Source: a virus
Length of the DNA: 64,000 bases
Direction: 5' to 3' (one strand)
Virus record (IMG/VR): IMGVR_UViG_3300031227_000018
Location: 32,001 to 96,000 of that record
The notes beneath the pieces are model-generated. The model was not told the DNA's origin, ran no database searches, and saw nothing but the letters and a program-made list of their open reading frames with translations. Positions within the stretch are counted from its first letter, which is position 1, and the number at the start of each line of letters is the position of its first letter. A program made the translations under genes and the position numbers. Shown here piece by piece: positions 39,252 through 47,748 of the stretch.

Positions 39252-39436
39252 ATGAGAAAAGGTCAAAAAGTATCAGAAGAGATTCGGAAATGGAATGGGA
39301 CGAAGGTGTCCATTATAATTACGATGGCTCATTGAGAGAACGAGACATCAATAGGCAGGGAGAAATAAAAAGATATTACTCTAATTTTAGATTTTTAAGA
39401 ATAAATGAAATAACTGAAATGATAATACAAGTGTGA
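39252..39436 (+). pseudogene. Internally deleted NUMOD3 plus Vsr/DUF559-type homing endonuclease relic
   Basis: MRKGQKVSEEIRK joined out of frame to EWDEGVHYNYDGSLRERDINRQGEI...FLRI. Confidence 0.65.
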
Positions 39437-39443
39437 GGTTTTT

Positions 39444-40367
39444 ATGCGACTAAAAGATTGTGTTTTTGTTGAAAAATATCGTCCCAAGTCTATTGCTGAT
39501 ATAGCGGGGAAAAGTAAGACGTTTCTTTCTTCTTATTTGGAGAAGAATGAATTACTTCCCCACTTCTTATTTTATAGTACTTTTCCAGGAACTGGTAAAA
39601 CATCGTTGGCGAAGGCTTTTGTCAATGATTTGGGTTGTGATATTTTATTACTCAACAGTTCTGATGAACGTAAGATAGACGTTGTACGAGAGAAAGTGAA
39701 AATGTTTGCTAGTTCTGTATCTAGTAAGCAAGGTAAGAAGAAGTGTATATTTCTTGATGAGGCAGACGGTTTGACACGGCAGAGTCAGGATGCATTGCGA
39801 AATGTGATGGAAACTTATAGTAAAAATTGTTTTTTTATACTTTCTTGCAATTATATCAATAAGATTATTGATCCGCTAAAAAGTCGTTGCATTCTAGTTG
39901 ATTTTTCAAAATGTTTTAATAAAAAAGAAGTTTGTTCGTATATATCAAAAATAGTTCAAGAAGAGAGTTTGAATGAATTGGGTGTTAACGATGAAGTCGT
40001 GGAAAAAGTTGTGGAAATGTACAGGCCGAATGTTCGCAATATGGTTATGTTTTTGCAAAGAGTTAAGGTTTCAGGTGCAGAAGTTGTTGGAGAGATTTTA
40101 AACAAGGATGTTTATGATTCTTTTTGGGATCTTTTTAAAGAAAAGAAGTTTGCATCTATAGGAAAATTGTTGGCTGAAAATGATTTAGATGTTGAGTTGA
40201 TCAATAAGTGGTTGTTTGATAAGGCGATAGAAAATTCAAAAGAATTGGGGGTTAAAAGACTTATCAAAACTATCAGAATAATTGCTGAGAATGAAAGAGA
40301 TTTTGTTTCAGGCGCGGATAAGAATTTAATTTTCCGTTGCGGTATTTTTAGTATGATGATTGGATAA
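39444..40367 (+). CDS. Clamp loader AAA+ subunit (RFC small/T4 gp44-like)
   Basis: VEKYRP, PGTGKT, LNSSDER, LDEAD, SQDALR, LKSRC. Confidence 0.93.
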   Translation: MRLKDCVFVEKYRPKSIADIAGKSKTFLSSYLEKNELLPHFLFYSTFPGTGKTSLAKAFVNDLGCDILLLNSSDERKIDVVREKVKMFASSVSSKQGKKKCIFLDEADGLTRQSQDALRNVMETYSKNCFFILSCNYINKIIDPLKSRCILVDFSKCFNKKEVCSYISKIVQEESLNELGVNDEVVEKVVEMYRPNVRNMVMFLQRVKVSGAEVVGEILNKDVYDSFWDLFKEKKFASIGKLLAENDLDVELINKWLFDKAIENSKELGVKRLIKTIRIIAENERDFVSGADKNLIFRCGIFSMMIG

Positions 40368-40380
40368 CTGGGGGGGGCAG

Positions 40381-40797
40381 ATGTTCAATATAATCAAAAA
40401 CCTTTATACTCGAAAAGATTATGATTGGATAAGGGAGTTGGATGACAATGTTCCATCTTTAGTCATTTTCAATTACCTTTTATCTGACCCTTCAGTTGGA
40501 AGAAAGATTAAGAGTTTGGCTCCCAGTTTGTTCAGTATTCCTCCAAAGAATTTTATCGCTGTTTTGCATACGTATGTTCCAAAACAAAATAGAGCTCCTT
40601 TTCTTGGAGGTGTTCGTAAAAAGGAAGAAGACAAAGTTGTTGATGAAATAATGGATAAATTGAGGAGATATTTTAAATATTCTGAAAAAGAATTTTCATA
40701 TATTCAAAAGTATATTTTTGATAATTTTGTTAAAGATAACATAAAAGAATGGCAAATTAAACTGGGATTAGGAGGTAAGAGGCATGTCGTTAAATAA
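40381..40797 (+). CDS. Clamp loader small subunit (T4 gp62-like)
   Basis: Size and position; YVPKQNRAPF...IMDKLRRYFKYS. Confidence 0.6.
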   Translation: MFNIIKNLYTRKDYDWIRELDDNVPSLVIFNYLLSDPSVGRKIKSLAPSLFSIPPKNFIAVLHTYVPKQNRAPFLGGVRKKEEDKVVDEIMDKLRRYFKYSEKEFSYIQKYIFDNFVKDNIKEWQIKLGLGGKRHVVK

Positions 40798-41122
40798 TTT
40801 TGTGAACCTTGATTCAGGGTACAAAGAAAAAATGAGTCGGCTTGAAAGGTTGAAAAAAAGGTTTTCTGAATCTTTACCTGAAAATATAGCAAAATATAAG
40901 GCCCAAGAAATTGTTTTAACATCTGATAAGTTGGAGAGTGTTAAGCTAAATGCCAATAATCATGCAGGATTAAGACCTAGTTTAGCTTTTTATTTTGAAA
41001 ATGCAGAAGAAATTAAAATGGTAGCAAAATATTTCAATACAAGTTTTAAGCAAATGGCAGTGAAAGATTCCGGTTTGTTAATTGAGATTATTAAAATGTT
41101 GGAGGAAACGAAAAATGGATAA
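40784..41122 (+). CDS. Hypothetical protein in the modification operon
   Basis: Translationally coupled to neighbours; LAFYFENAEE. Confidence 0.6.
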   Translation: MSLNNFVNLDSGYKEKMSRLERLKKRFSESLPENIAKYKAQEIVLTSDKLESVKLNANNHAGLRPSLAFYFENAEEIKMVAKYFNTSFKQMAVKDSGLLIEIIKMLEETKNG

Positions 41123-42524
41123 GAATAATTGTGAGATAGACAGCATGGAAAATTCTTGTGATTTGAGAGAAGAAGAGAATTGGGATTTTGATACAAAAGA
41201 AAGGTATGGAAGTCCACGAGTAAGTTCTGAATATATGGATTGTTCTTTGCCATTGACTTTTGATCAATATTCGTATTGTTCTATGAAGTGCAAATATTGT
41301 TTTGCATATTATCAAAAAGCGATGAATCCGTCTATGCGTTCTGGGATAAAATTAAAGGGGGTTAATGTAGACAAATTGATTAAAATGTTTAAAGGGGAAA
41401 TACCTGAAGACCCATATTATCATAATTTTATTAAAAAGAAGTTCCCATTCCATTGGGGTGGCCTTGCTGATCCGTTTGATATGGTTGAAAAAAAATATAA
41501 ACTTGGTTTTAAATTATTGGAAACTTTGGTGGAATTGAATTATCCAGTTATATTTTCTACAAAAGGAACATTACCCTCACAAGAACCCTATTATTCTTTG
41601 TTTAAGAATGCTGCAAAAAATAAGAATTTTGCATTTCAGTTCAGTATTATTGCTAATTCCGATGAGTTATCGAAAAAGATAGATGTTGCAGTTCCGACAA
41701 CTTCTGAAAGATTACAGTGCATGAAAACAATGTCAGATTTAGGTTATTGGACTGTATTAAGATTAAGACCTTTTATAGTTGGAATAAGTGATATTGATGT
41801 AGAAGAGCTTATAACCCGTTCTTCTCAAAATGGTGCGAATGCTATTTCCACTGAATTTTATTGTTATGATGCTAGATGTTCAAATAATGTAGAAATAGCA
41901 AAAAGATTTAAGGAAATATCGCAAATATGTGGTTTTGATATCATCGATTTTTACAAAAAGTTAAGCCCTTCTGAGCGAGGTGGTTATAGGAGATTGAATA
42001 GAAATCTTAAAGAAGAGTATGTGAAAAGAATGTATACAACCTGTAAGAAGGTTGGTATGCAATTCAATATTTCGGATCCAGATTTTAAAGAACTTAATGA
42101 CAGCGGTTCTTGTTGTGGTTTGCCTGAATTAAGGGAACAGTATGACAGTGATTTGGTTAATTGGTCTCGTGGGCAATTAACTTATCATCTCAAGGAATTA
42201 CGTAAAAGATATTGGGCAAGTGGAGGTAAAGAAAGGTATTTAAAGATTCGTGATGTGATGGGAGATTCTTATGATGGTTGGTTAAAAGAACCGCGTTTTT
42301 ATAGTGATAGTCTTAAAAATTGGGCAACTTCTTGGGCAAAAGTTAATATGGGTTATAGAGACGAATTCATACAAACATGGAATAATACCAGGAGTTCTGG
42401 TAATCCGTACAATTATTTTCATGGTAAGATTAAACCTTCTTATATTGATGATGATAATAATGTTGTTTTTGAGTATGTTCCCCATGATTATGAGAAGAGG
42501 TGGAAAGAAGAAGGGATATTGTAA
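41115..42524 (+). CDS. Radical SAM enzyme (spore-photoproduct-lyase-like clade)
   Basis: DQYSYCSMKCKYC (CxxxCxxC), GGLADPF, STKG, LRLRPFI. Confidence 0.88.
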   Translation: MDKNNCEIDSMENSCDLREEENWDFDTKERYGSPRVSSEYMDCSLPLTFDQYSYCSMKCKYCFAYYQKAMNPSMRSGIKLKGVNVDKLIKMFKGEIPEDPYYHNFIKKKFPFHWGGLADPFDMVEKKYKLGFKLLETLVELNYPVIFSTKGTLPSQEPYYSLFKNAAKNKNFAFQFSIIANSDELSKKIDVAVPTTSERLQCMKTMSDLGYWTVLRLRPFIVGISDIDVEELITRSSQNGANAISTEFYCYDARCSNNVEIAKRFKEISQICGFDIIDFYKKLSPSERGGYRRLNRNLKEEYVKRMYTTCKKVGMQFNISDPDFKELNDSGSCCGLPELREQYDSDLVNWSRGQLTYHLKELRKRYWASGGKERYLKIRDVMGDSYDGWLKEPRFYSDSLKNWATSWAKVNMGYRDEFIQTWNNTRSSGNPYNYFHGKIKPSYIDDDNNVVFEYVPHDYEKRWKEEGIL

Positions 42525-43262
42525 ATGGGAATAAAATATTGTAGGTCTTGTTGTCAAATGACTAGTCACGGTTTAAATGACAGGTGTTTAAAGTGCGGAA
42601 AAAATAATTTAATTCAAAAAAATATATTGGGGGAAGAATGTTGGGTTAGAAAAGATACTTGGGATGAAAATATTTTTAAAGAAATGGGATTGTATTTGAA
42701 AAAGATTTCTTTAACTCCTGAGGATGTCTGGCTGGATGTAGGCGGTAACATAGGGAGTTTTTGTAAAAAAATTGCCAAAGAAGTTGCCACTGTTATTGCT
42801 TATGAGCCAGATGAAAATAATTTTGAACTTTTAAAGAAAAATAATGAAGAAAGTGATAATATTATTTTTGTAAATAAAGCTGTTATTGGAAATGCTGATA
42901 TTGTGAGGGATTTTTATTTGAATCAAAAAACCAATAAGAGTACACATTCTTTTTTTGTTAAACGTGGAAGGGAACGCGTTGAGGTTGGATGTGAGAATGT
43001 TAATGAGATAATTCAAAAGTATAAAGTTGATAAAATAAAAATTGATTGTGAGGGGAGTGAGTACGAAATCATAAAATCTATTGTTGATTTTTCTTCAATT
43101 AAAGAAATATTTGTGGAATTTCATTTAAATATTTTATGTAAAAAGAATGATTTAACTAAGTACAGGGAAGTTATTAAAATCCTTAAAAAGAATTTTGCGT
43201 ATTTGGAGTATCCGGAGGATGTTAAAAAAAATTGGCATGTTTATATTTATGTGAAAAAATAA
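42525..43262 (+). CDS. FkbM-family methyltransferase
   Basis: LDVGGNIG, AYEPDENN, KIDCEGSEYEI, VEFH; N-terminal Zn knuckle. Confidence 0.88.
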   Translation: MGIKYCRSCCQMTSHGLNDRCLKCGKNNLIQKNILGEECWVRKDTWDENIFKEMGLYLKKISLTPEDVWLDVGGNIGSFCKKIAKEVATVIAYEPDENNFELLKKNNEESDNIIFVNKAVIGNADIVRDFYLNQKTNKSTHSFFVKRGRERVEVGCENVNEIIQKYKVDKIKIDCEGSEYEIIKSIVDFSSIKEIFVEFHLNILCKKNDLTKYREVIKILKKNFAYLEYPEDVKKNWHVYIYVKK

Positions 43263-44432
43263 ATGAGATATATACATTCACAAAATAAAGATAAAGAATT
43301 TATCGATTGGAGAAACCCTTCTAGAAGGAAAGAAGGGTTTTTAAAGTGGTTAAAATGGAGAATGCGGTATGGAGATTTGGACCATTACGTTTGTAATAAT
43401 TCCTACAGGGATGCAATTGGCAAAATGTCTCCAACTGGTAAATCAATGACTAAGGAGCAGGCGCATTGGTTTTCTTTAATTTTTGGTATGACTTATCAAT
43501 CAGAAATGGCGTGGGTTATTTATTGGAATTTTCCTGATTTTTGGTCTATCAACATTGAAGAGTTAGAAAAATGGAATTTGGATAATATTGATCGACAAAG
43601 GTATGCTCGTGATACTAAATATAATAAAGGGAGGATCGTTAGTCAAGTCAAGTCCCTCCAAAATGAAATTGGTCCTTCCGGTTCTATTGAAAAGTTTTTT
43701 GGTGAATCATTGAGTGATGATGAAAATGAGTCTTTTGAAAAAGTTTTTAATTCTTGTATGAGGTTTCATAAGTATGGAGGTATGACTTCTTGGTTGACTT
43801 GTCAGTTGTTATTCGAAACTGCCAATGTACCGATTAAACCTGACACCGTCAGAGCCACCACACCTTGGAATTGGTCAGTAAGGTCGGGTTTGATGTATGC
43901 TTATAATAGGGACGATAAGATTGAAGCTACTTGTAAGGATGTTGAGTTTTGTGATAAAGATATTGAACAAATAAAAGAGTATGAAAAAGAGTTGTATGAG
44001 TTAGCGAAAGATTGTATTGATGAAAATGATAAAAAGATTTTTTCAAATTATTTATTAGAATCTCATTTGTGTCAATATAAAAAGTTAATGTTAGGAGGTG
44101 ATTATGCTGGTCATTCTTCTGGAGATCACTTTTCAAGGGCACTTTGGTTATCTGAACGGTGGCCTGAAGTAAATTTTGATGTATTTTTTAAAGAAGCAAT
44201 AAAAAAACATTGTCCGATTGTAAGGGGAAAAAGGGAGAGTAAACAGCTTCGGTTTGTTTGTTCTAAGACAGGTCAGATGATAAATATGCATGAGGACTTT
44301 CAGGAATTGCCTAATATGTATTTGGAATTGGGAATAAATCCTGATTGGTTTTATACTAAAGAATATGACGAAGAAGTGGGAAGTAGAGTTGATAGTTATG
44401 CAAATAAAATTTATAATTCTAATTGGTGGTGA
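43263..44432 (+). CDS. aGPT-PPlase2-like (amino acid:DNA transferase) thymine hypermodification enzyme
   Basis: YARDTKYNKG, HhH-like YGGMTSW, LESHLCQYKK...YAG. Confidence 0.78.
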   Translation: MRYIHSQNKDKEFIDWRNPSRRKEGFLKWLKWRMRYGDLDHYVCNNSYRDAIGKMSPTGKSMTKEQAHWFSLIFGMTYQSEMAWVIYWNFPDFWSINIEELEKWNLDNIDRQRYARDTKYNKGRIVSQVKSLQNEIGPSGSIEKFFGESLSDDENESFEKVFNSCMRFHKYGGMTSWLTCQLLFETANVPIKPDTVRATTPWNWSVRSGLMYAYNRDDKIEATCKDVEFCDKDIEQIKEYEKELYELAKDCIDENDKKIFSNYLLESHLCQYKKLMLGGDYAGHSSGDHFSRALWLSERWPEVNFDVFFKEAIKKHCPIVRGKRESKQLRFVCSKTGQMINMHEDFQELPNMYLELGINPDWFYTKEYDEEVGSRVDSYANKIYNSNWW

Positions 44433-44446
44433 AAGGAAGGGGTAAA

Positions 44447-44824
44447 ATGATTAACACTTATGATCTTGATGGGGTTGTTTATTTAGGAGATGATTATGAT
44501 GGTATTTATCCAGGTAGAGAAGACATCATTATAACGGGGAGAAGTATTGAGGAAGCGAAGTCTACGCATGAAATGTTGAGGTTGAGGTGCATTTATAGTC
44601 ATGTGTTTTTTAACCCAATTCCATTCAGTGCAAAAACTAGAGAATCTTCTGGTTATCATAAAGTTAATGTGATTAAAATGTTGATTGAAAGCGGTTATGA
44701 ACATGGCCTTCATTTTGATGATGATGAAATTCAGATCAAAATAATCAAAGAGCTCCTTCCCAATGTTCGTGTTGTGCATGTAGTTTCTGATATTGTTGAG
44801 AAGGAAAATGTTAGACATGATTGA
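44447..44824 (+). CDS. HAD-family phosphatase
   Basis: YDLDGV, IITGR, K, HFDDD. Confidence 0.82.
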   Translation: MINTYDLDGVVYLGDDYDGIYPGREDIIITGRSIEEAKSTHEMLRLRCIYSHVFFNPIPFSAKTRESSGYHKVNVIKMLIESGYEHGLHFDDDEIQIKIIKELLPNVRVVHVVSDIVEKENVRHD

Positions 44825-45317
44825 GGGCAAAATGTTAGAAATAGAAAAGAGAATAGTTATTGAACCTGAAAGTGTTGTTTGGAATCAGAAGGTAAAGGAG
44901 TGGTGCGGTCTTCCGTATTATGATAAAAAAAATGGATGTCCAAATTTCAATAAACGTAAGGGATGTCCGATGGATAATAAGAATATAGATGAAATTTTAG
45001 ATGTCAATAAAAAAACTTATATTGTGGGTGTTGTTTTTAATTTAAAAGAATATCGCGATGAAATGAAGAAAAAACATTCAAATTGGACATATCGACAATT
45101 AAACAATGTGATATATTGGCAAGGATCAATTTTTGGAAAAATGAAAAGGGAAGTCAATAAGTTTTCATTGATGAATCCTGGTTTAAAAATTGTTTATAAG
45201 CCAGAAGCATATGGAGTTAATTTAACAAAGATGTTATTGAATTCGGGTGTTCCGATAAACTGGAAGTACCCGTTGAGAAAGATTTATATTGTGGCGTTAT
45301 TAGGAGGAAAAATATGA
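44817..45317 (+). CDS. DUF2284-like Cys-rich metal-binding protein
   Basis: WCGLPY...GCPNF...GCP, PEAYGVN. Confidence 0.6.
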   Translation: MIEGKMLEIEKRIVIEPESVVWNQKVKEWCGLPYYDKKNGCPNFNKRKGCPMDNKNIDEILDVNKKTYIVGVVFNLKEYRDEMKKKHSNWTYRQLNNVIYWQGSIFGKMKREVNKFSLMNPGLKIVYKPEAYGVNLTKMLLNSGVPINWKYPLRKIYIVALLGGKI

Positions 45318-45832
45318 AAGAATTTATTGCAGTTATTGGTCAAAGTGCATGTGGTAAAACAACATTTGTTCAAAATGAATTTATTGGGGCAAATGAGATG
45401 GTGTTAAATAAAGATCCACTTTTACATACTGTTGTTAATGATTGTTGTTTATTGGGGGATTATGTTACGTCTGTGAGGACAAAAGGTACTGACAGGTTTT
45501 CTTATTCTATTTTACCAGATTTGATTGAGTTTATAAAAAATAAAAAAGATGAATACAATCGTTTTGTCGCAGAAGGTGATAGAATAAATTGTGAAAGATT
45601 CTTCCAGTCTTTAAAAGATTTGAAATTGAATGTTACGGTTTATGTTTTTTTATGTGATGTTAATTTGAGCGTTCAGCGTAGAGTTGATTCTGGTTCAAAA
45701 CCTTCAGAGCAATTTGTAAGGGCAACTCAAACTAAAACTTTAAGAATGAAAAAAATGGTAGAATCTTTAGGGTTTAAAGTTATTGTTGAAGATTCTAGAA
45801 CAGAAAACAATATCAAACATGGATGGTGGTGA
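45314..45832 (+). CDS. P-loop nucleotide kinase of the base-modification type (PLNK3-like)
   Basis: IGQSACGKTT, LGDY, GTDRFSYSILP, EGDR. Confidence 0.8.
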   Translation: MKEFIAVIGQSACGKTTFVQNEFIGANEMVLNKDPLLHTVVNDCCLLGDYVTSVRTKGTDRFSYSILPDLIEFIKNKKDEYNRFVAEGDRINCERFFQSLKDLKLNVTVYVFLCDVNLSVQRRVDSGSKPSEQFVRATQTKTLRMKKMVESLGFKVIVEDSRTENNIKHGWW

Positions 45833-45835
45833 CTT

Positions 45836-46216
45836 ATGCGTGAAGAACTTGAAGCAAAAATGTTTTGTCAATTATTATATAAAGAGGGGTATGTTGAAGG
45901 TACGTCTGGTAATTTAAGTTTTAGAGATAGAAGTAGAGTTAAAATAACTCGTACAGGTTGTACATTGGATGATCCATTTTTTGTTGATACAGAAAGTTTT
46001 GAGGCTTCATCTGATGTTAATTTACATAAAGAAATTTATCGATTGACGGATAGTGATTGGATTTTTCATGTTCATAAAGACCTTAAATTAAAATTTCTTT
46101 TGACAGATAAAGATTTGGATCTTCATTGGTTTAATGTAAGAGATCATGGGGTTTGGGTTGGATGTGGAGTTGATATAAAAATTTATAGAATTCTTGAAGA
46201 TGAGGGAATTTTATAA
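45836..46216 (+). CDS. Minimal class II aldolase/adducin-family protein
   Basis: GTSGNLSFR, ITRTG, SSDVNLHKEIY, HVH, HG. Confidence 0.8.
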   Translation: MREELEAKMFCQLLYKEGYVEGTSGNLSFRDRSRVKITRTGCTLDDPFFVDTESFEASSDVNLHKEIYRLTDSDWIFHVHKDLKLKFLLTDKDLDLHWFNVRDHGVWVGCGVDIKIYRILEDEGIL

Positions 46217-46248
46217 GGGTAGGTGATGATATGAAATTTAAAAAGTAG

Positions 46249-46285
46249 AATAGTTTTTTATTTTTATTCTAGTTTAAAGTAGAGT
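46249..46285 (+). promoter_or_regulatory. Phage early/middle promoter (replication operon)
   Basis: AATAGTTTTTTATT-17nt-TAGAGT. Confidence 0.7.
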
Positions 46286-46293
46286 GAGGGGAT

Positions 46294-47748
46294 ATGAATT
46301 TAGACAACAGATTTCCGTTCGAGTTGGCCCTGCAAAGAACTATTTTAAAAGTAATGTTCAAAAACGAAACATTTTTTTTAAAATGTATGTCGCATTTGAA
46401 AAGTGAATATTTTGAGAATCAATATTTATCTTGGCTTTATAAACTTATTGTTAGTTATTATAAAGAATACAAAACACTTCCATCAATGGAAACTGTTAGA
46501 AATGAAATATTGAAGTTTGAAGTTAAGGATCGAATATTGTATGAGAAAGTTTATGATGATATATTGGCAACTGACTACAAGGATTTGGAATATCTTTATC
46601 ATGAATTGACTGGGTTTGCAAAGAGAGCTTATTTTGTTGACAATATAAAGCGAACCTTAAGTCTTTATAATGAAGGTAATCGCAATAATGCATATCGTCA
46701 TATGAAGGAGTTTTCTCAAAGTTTGTCGGAAATAGATTTTGAAGAAAGTGACTTATTTGATTATTCGAATTTGTTTCCATTATTGGAAGGTCTTCGTTCT
46801 CCGAAATTTAGAATGCCACTATCTATAAAACCTTTTGACGAAGTTATGGCTGGGGGGATGCCAAAAGGTCGGTTGATGTTGATATTGGCAGGCGTGAGTC
46901 AAGGTAAGTCGATGGTTTTAACTAATTTGGGGAAAAATTTTATTCAAAAAGATAAGAAGGTGTTGTTTATTACGTTGGAGAATCCAGAGGATGAGCAAAT
47001 AACTCGTTTTTTGTCTCCTATGACGGATATATCTCAAGATGATTTTAATAAAAGAGAATTGACTGATGATGAAAAAGTCAAGGTTATAATGGCGAAGGAA
47101 AAGATGGAAAAGAATCTGTTTTTAAAAAGTTGGTATGAAGATTCCTTGACTATTGAACATATTGTTAATTATTGTAAAGTGAGACATGCAATGGATCCGT
47201 ATGACGTTTTAATTATAGATTACGTCCAGTTGATTAAACAAAGGGCATCGGAGCGCATGCGTGACCTGTGGGCTATCCAGGGTGATATTGTGAAGGGTTT
47301 GCAGAATTTAGCAAGGAATTTGAATATTTGCGTTATAAGTGCTGCTCAGATCAATAGGTCAGCAATGCAAAAGACTCGCAAGAGTAAAGGGTTCAAAGAT
47401 TTGACTCGGATGACTGATGTTGGTGAATCTTATAATCAAGTTAAGATAGCCGATATTGTTCTTACTTTAACTGTTTCAGATGCTGATTATAAGAATAGTG
47501 TTATGCGAATGTTGTTGGATAAACATCGTGGGGGTGAAAAAGGTATCTTGGTTGAGGTTGAGGTTGATTTTCCAACTCAAAAAATATTCAGTCCGGATTT
47601 GCGATGTAGAAAGTTGAAATGGTCAGATGCACTTAATCCCTCAGGAAATAGAGATCCAAAAGATTTGGATGAAGAACCTGAGAGTGAAGAAAGCGGGACT
47701 GATAATGTGAAGGTGTCGGAGGCTGAAATTGAAAAACTCTTATCATAA
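46294..47748 (+). CDS. Replicative DnaB/gp41-like helicase
   Basis: AGVSQGKS, ITLE, IIDYVQL, AAQINR, DKHR. Confidence 0.92.
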   Translation: MNLDNRFPFELALQRTILKVMFKNETFFLKCMSHLKSEYFENQYLSWLYKLIVSYYKEYKTLPSMETVRNEILKFEVKDRILYEKVYDDILATDYKDLEYLYHELTGFAKRAYFVDNIKRTLSLYNEGNRNNAYRHMKEFSQSLSEIDFEESDLFDYSNLFPLLEGLRSPKFRMPLSIKPFDEVMAGGMPKGRLMLILAGVSQGKSMVLTNLGKNFIQKDKKVLFITLENPEDEQITRFLSPMTDISQDDFNKRELTDDEKVKVIMAKEKMEKNLFLKSWYEDSLTIEHIVNYCKVRHAMDPYDVLIIDYVQLIKQRASERMRDLWAIQGDIVKGLQNLARNLNICVISAAQINRSAMQKTRKSKGFKDLTRMTDVGESYNQVKIADIVLTLTVSDADYKNSVMRMLLDKHRGGEKGILVEVEVDFPTQKIFSPDLRCRKLKWSDALNPSGNRDPKDLDEEPESEESGTDNVKVSEAEIEKLLS

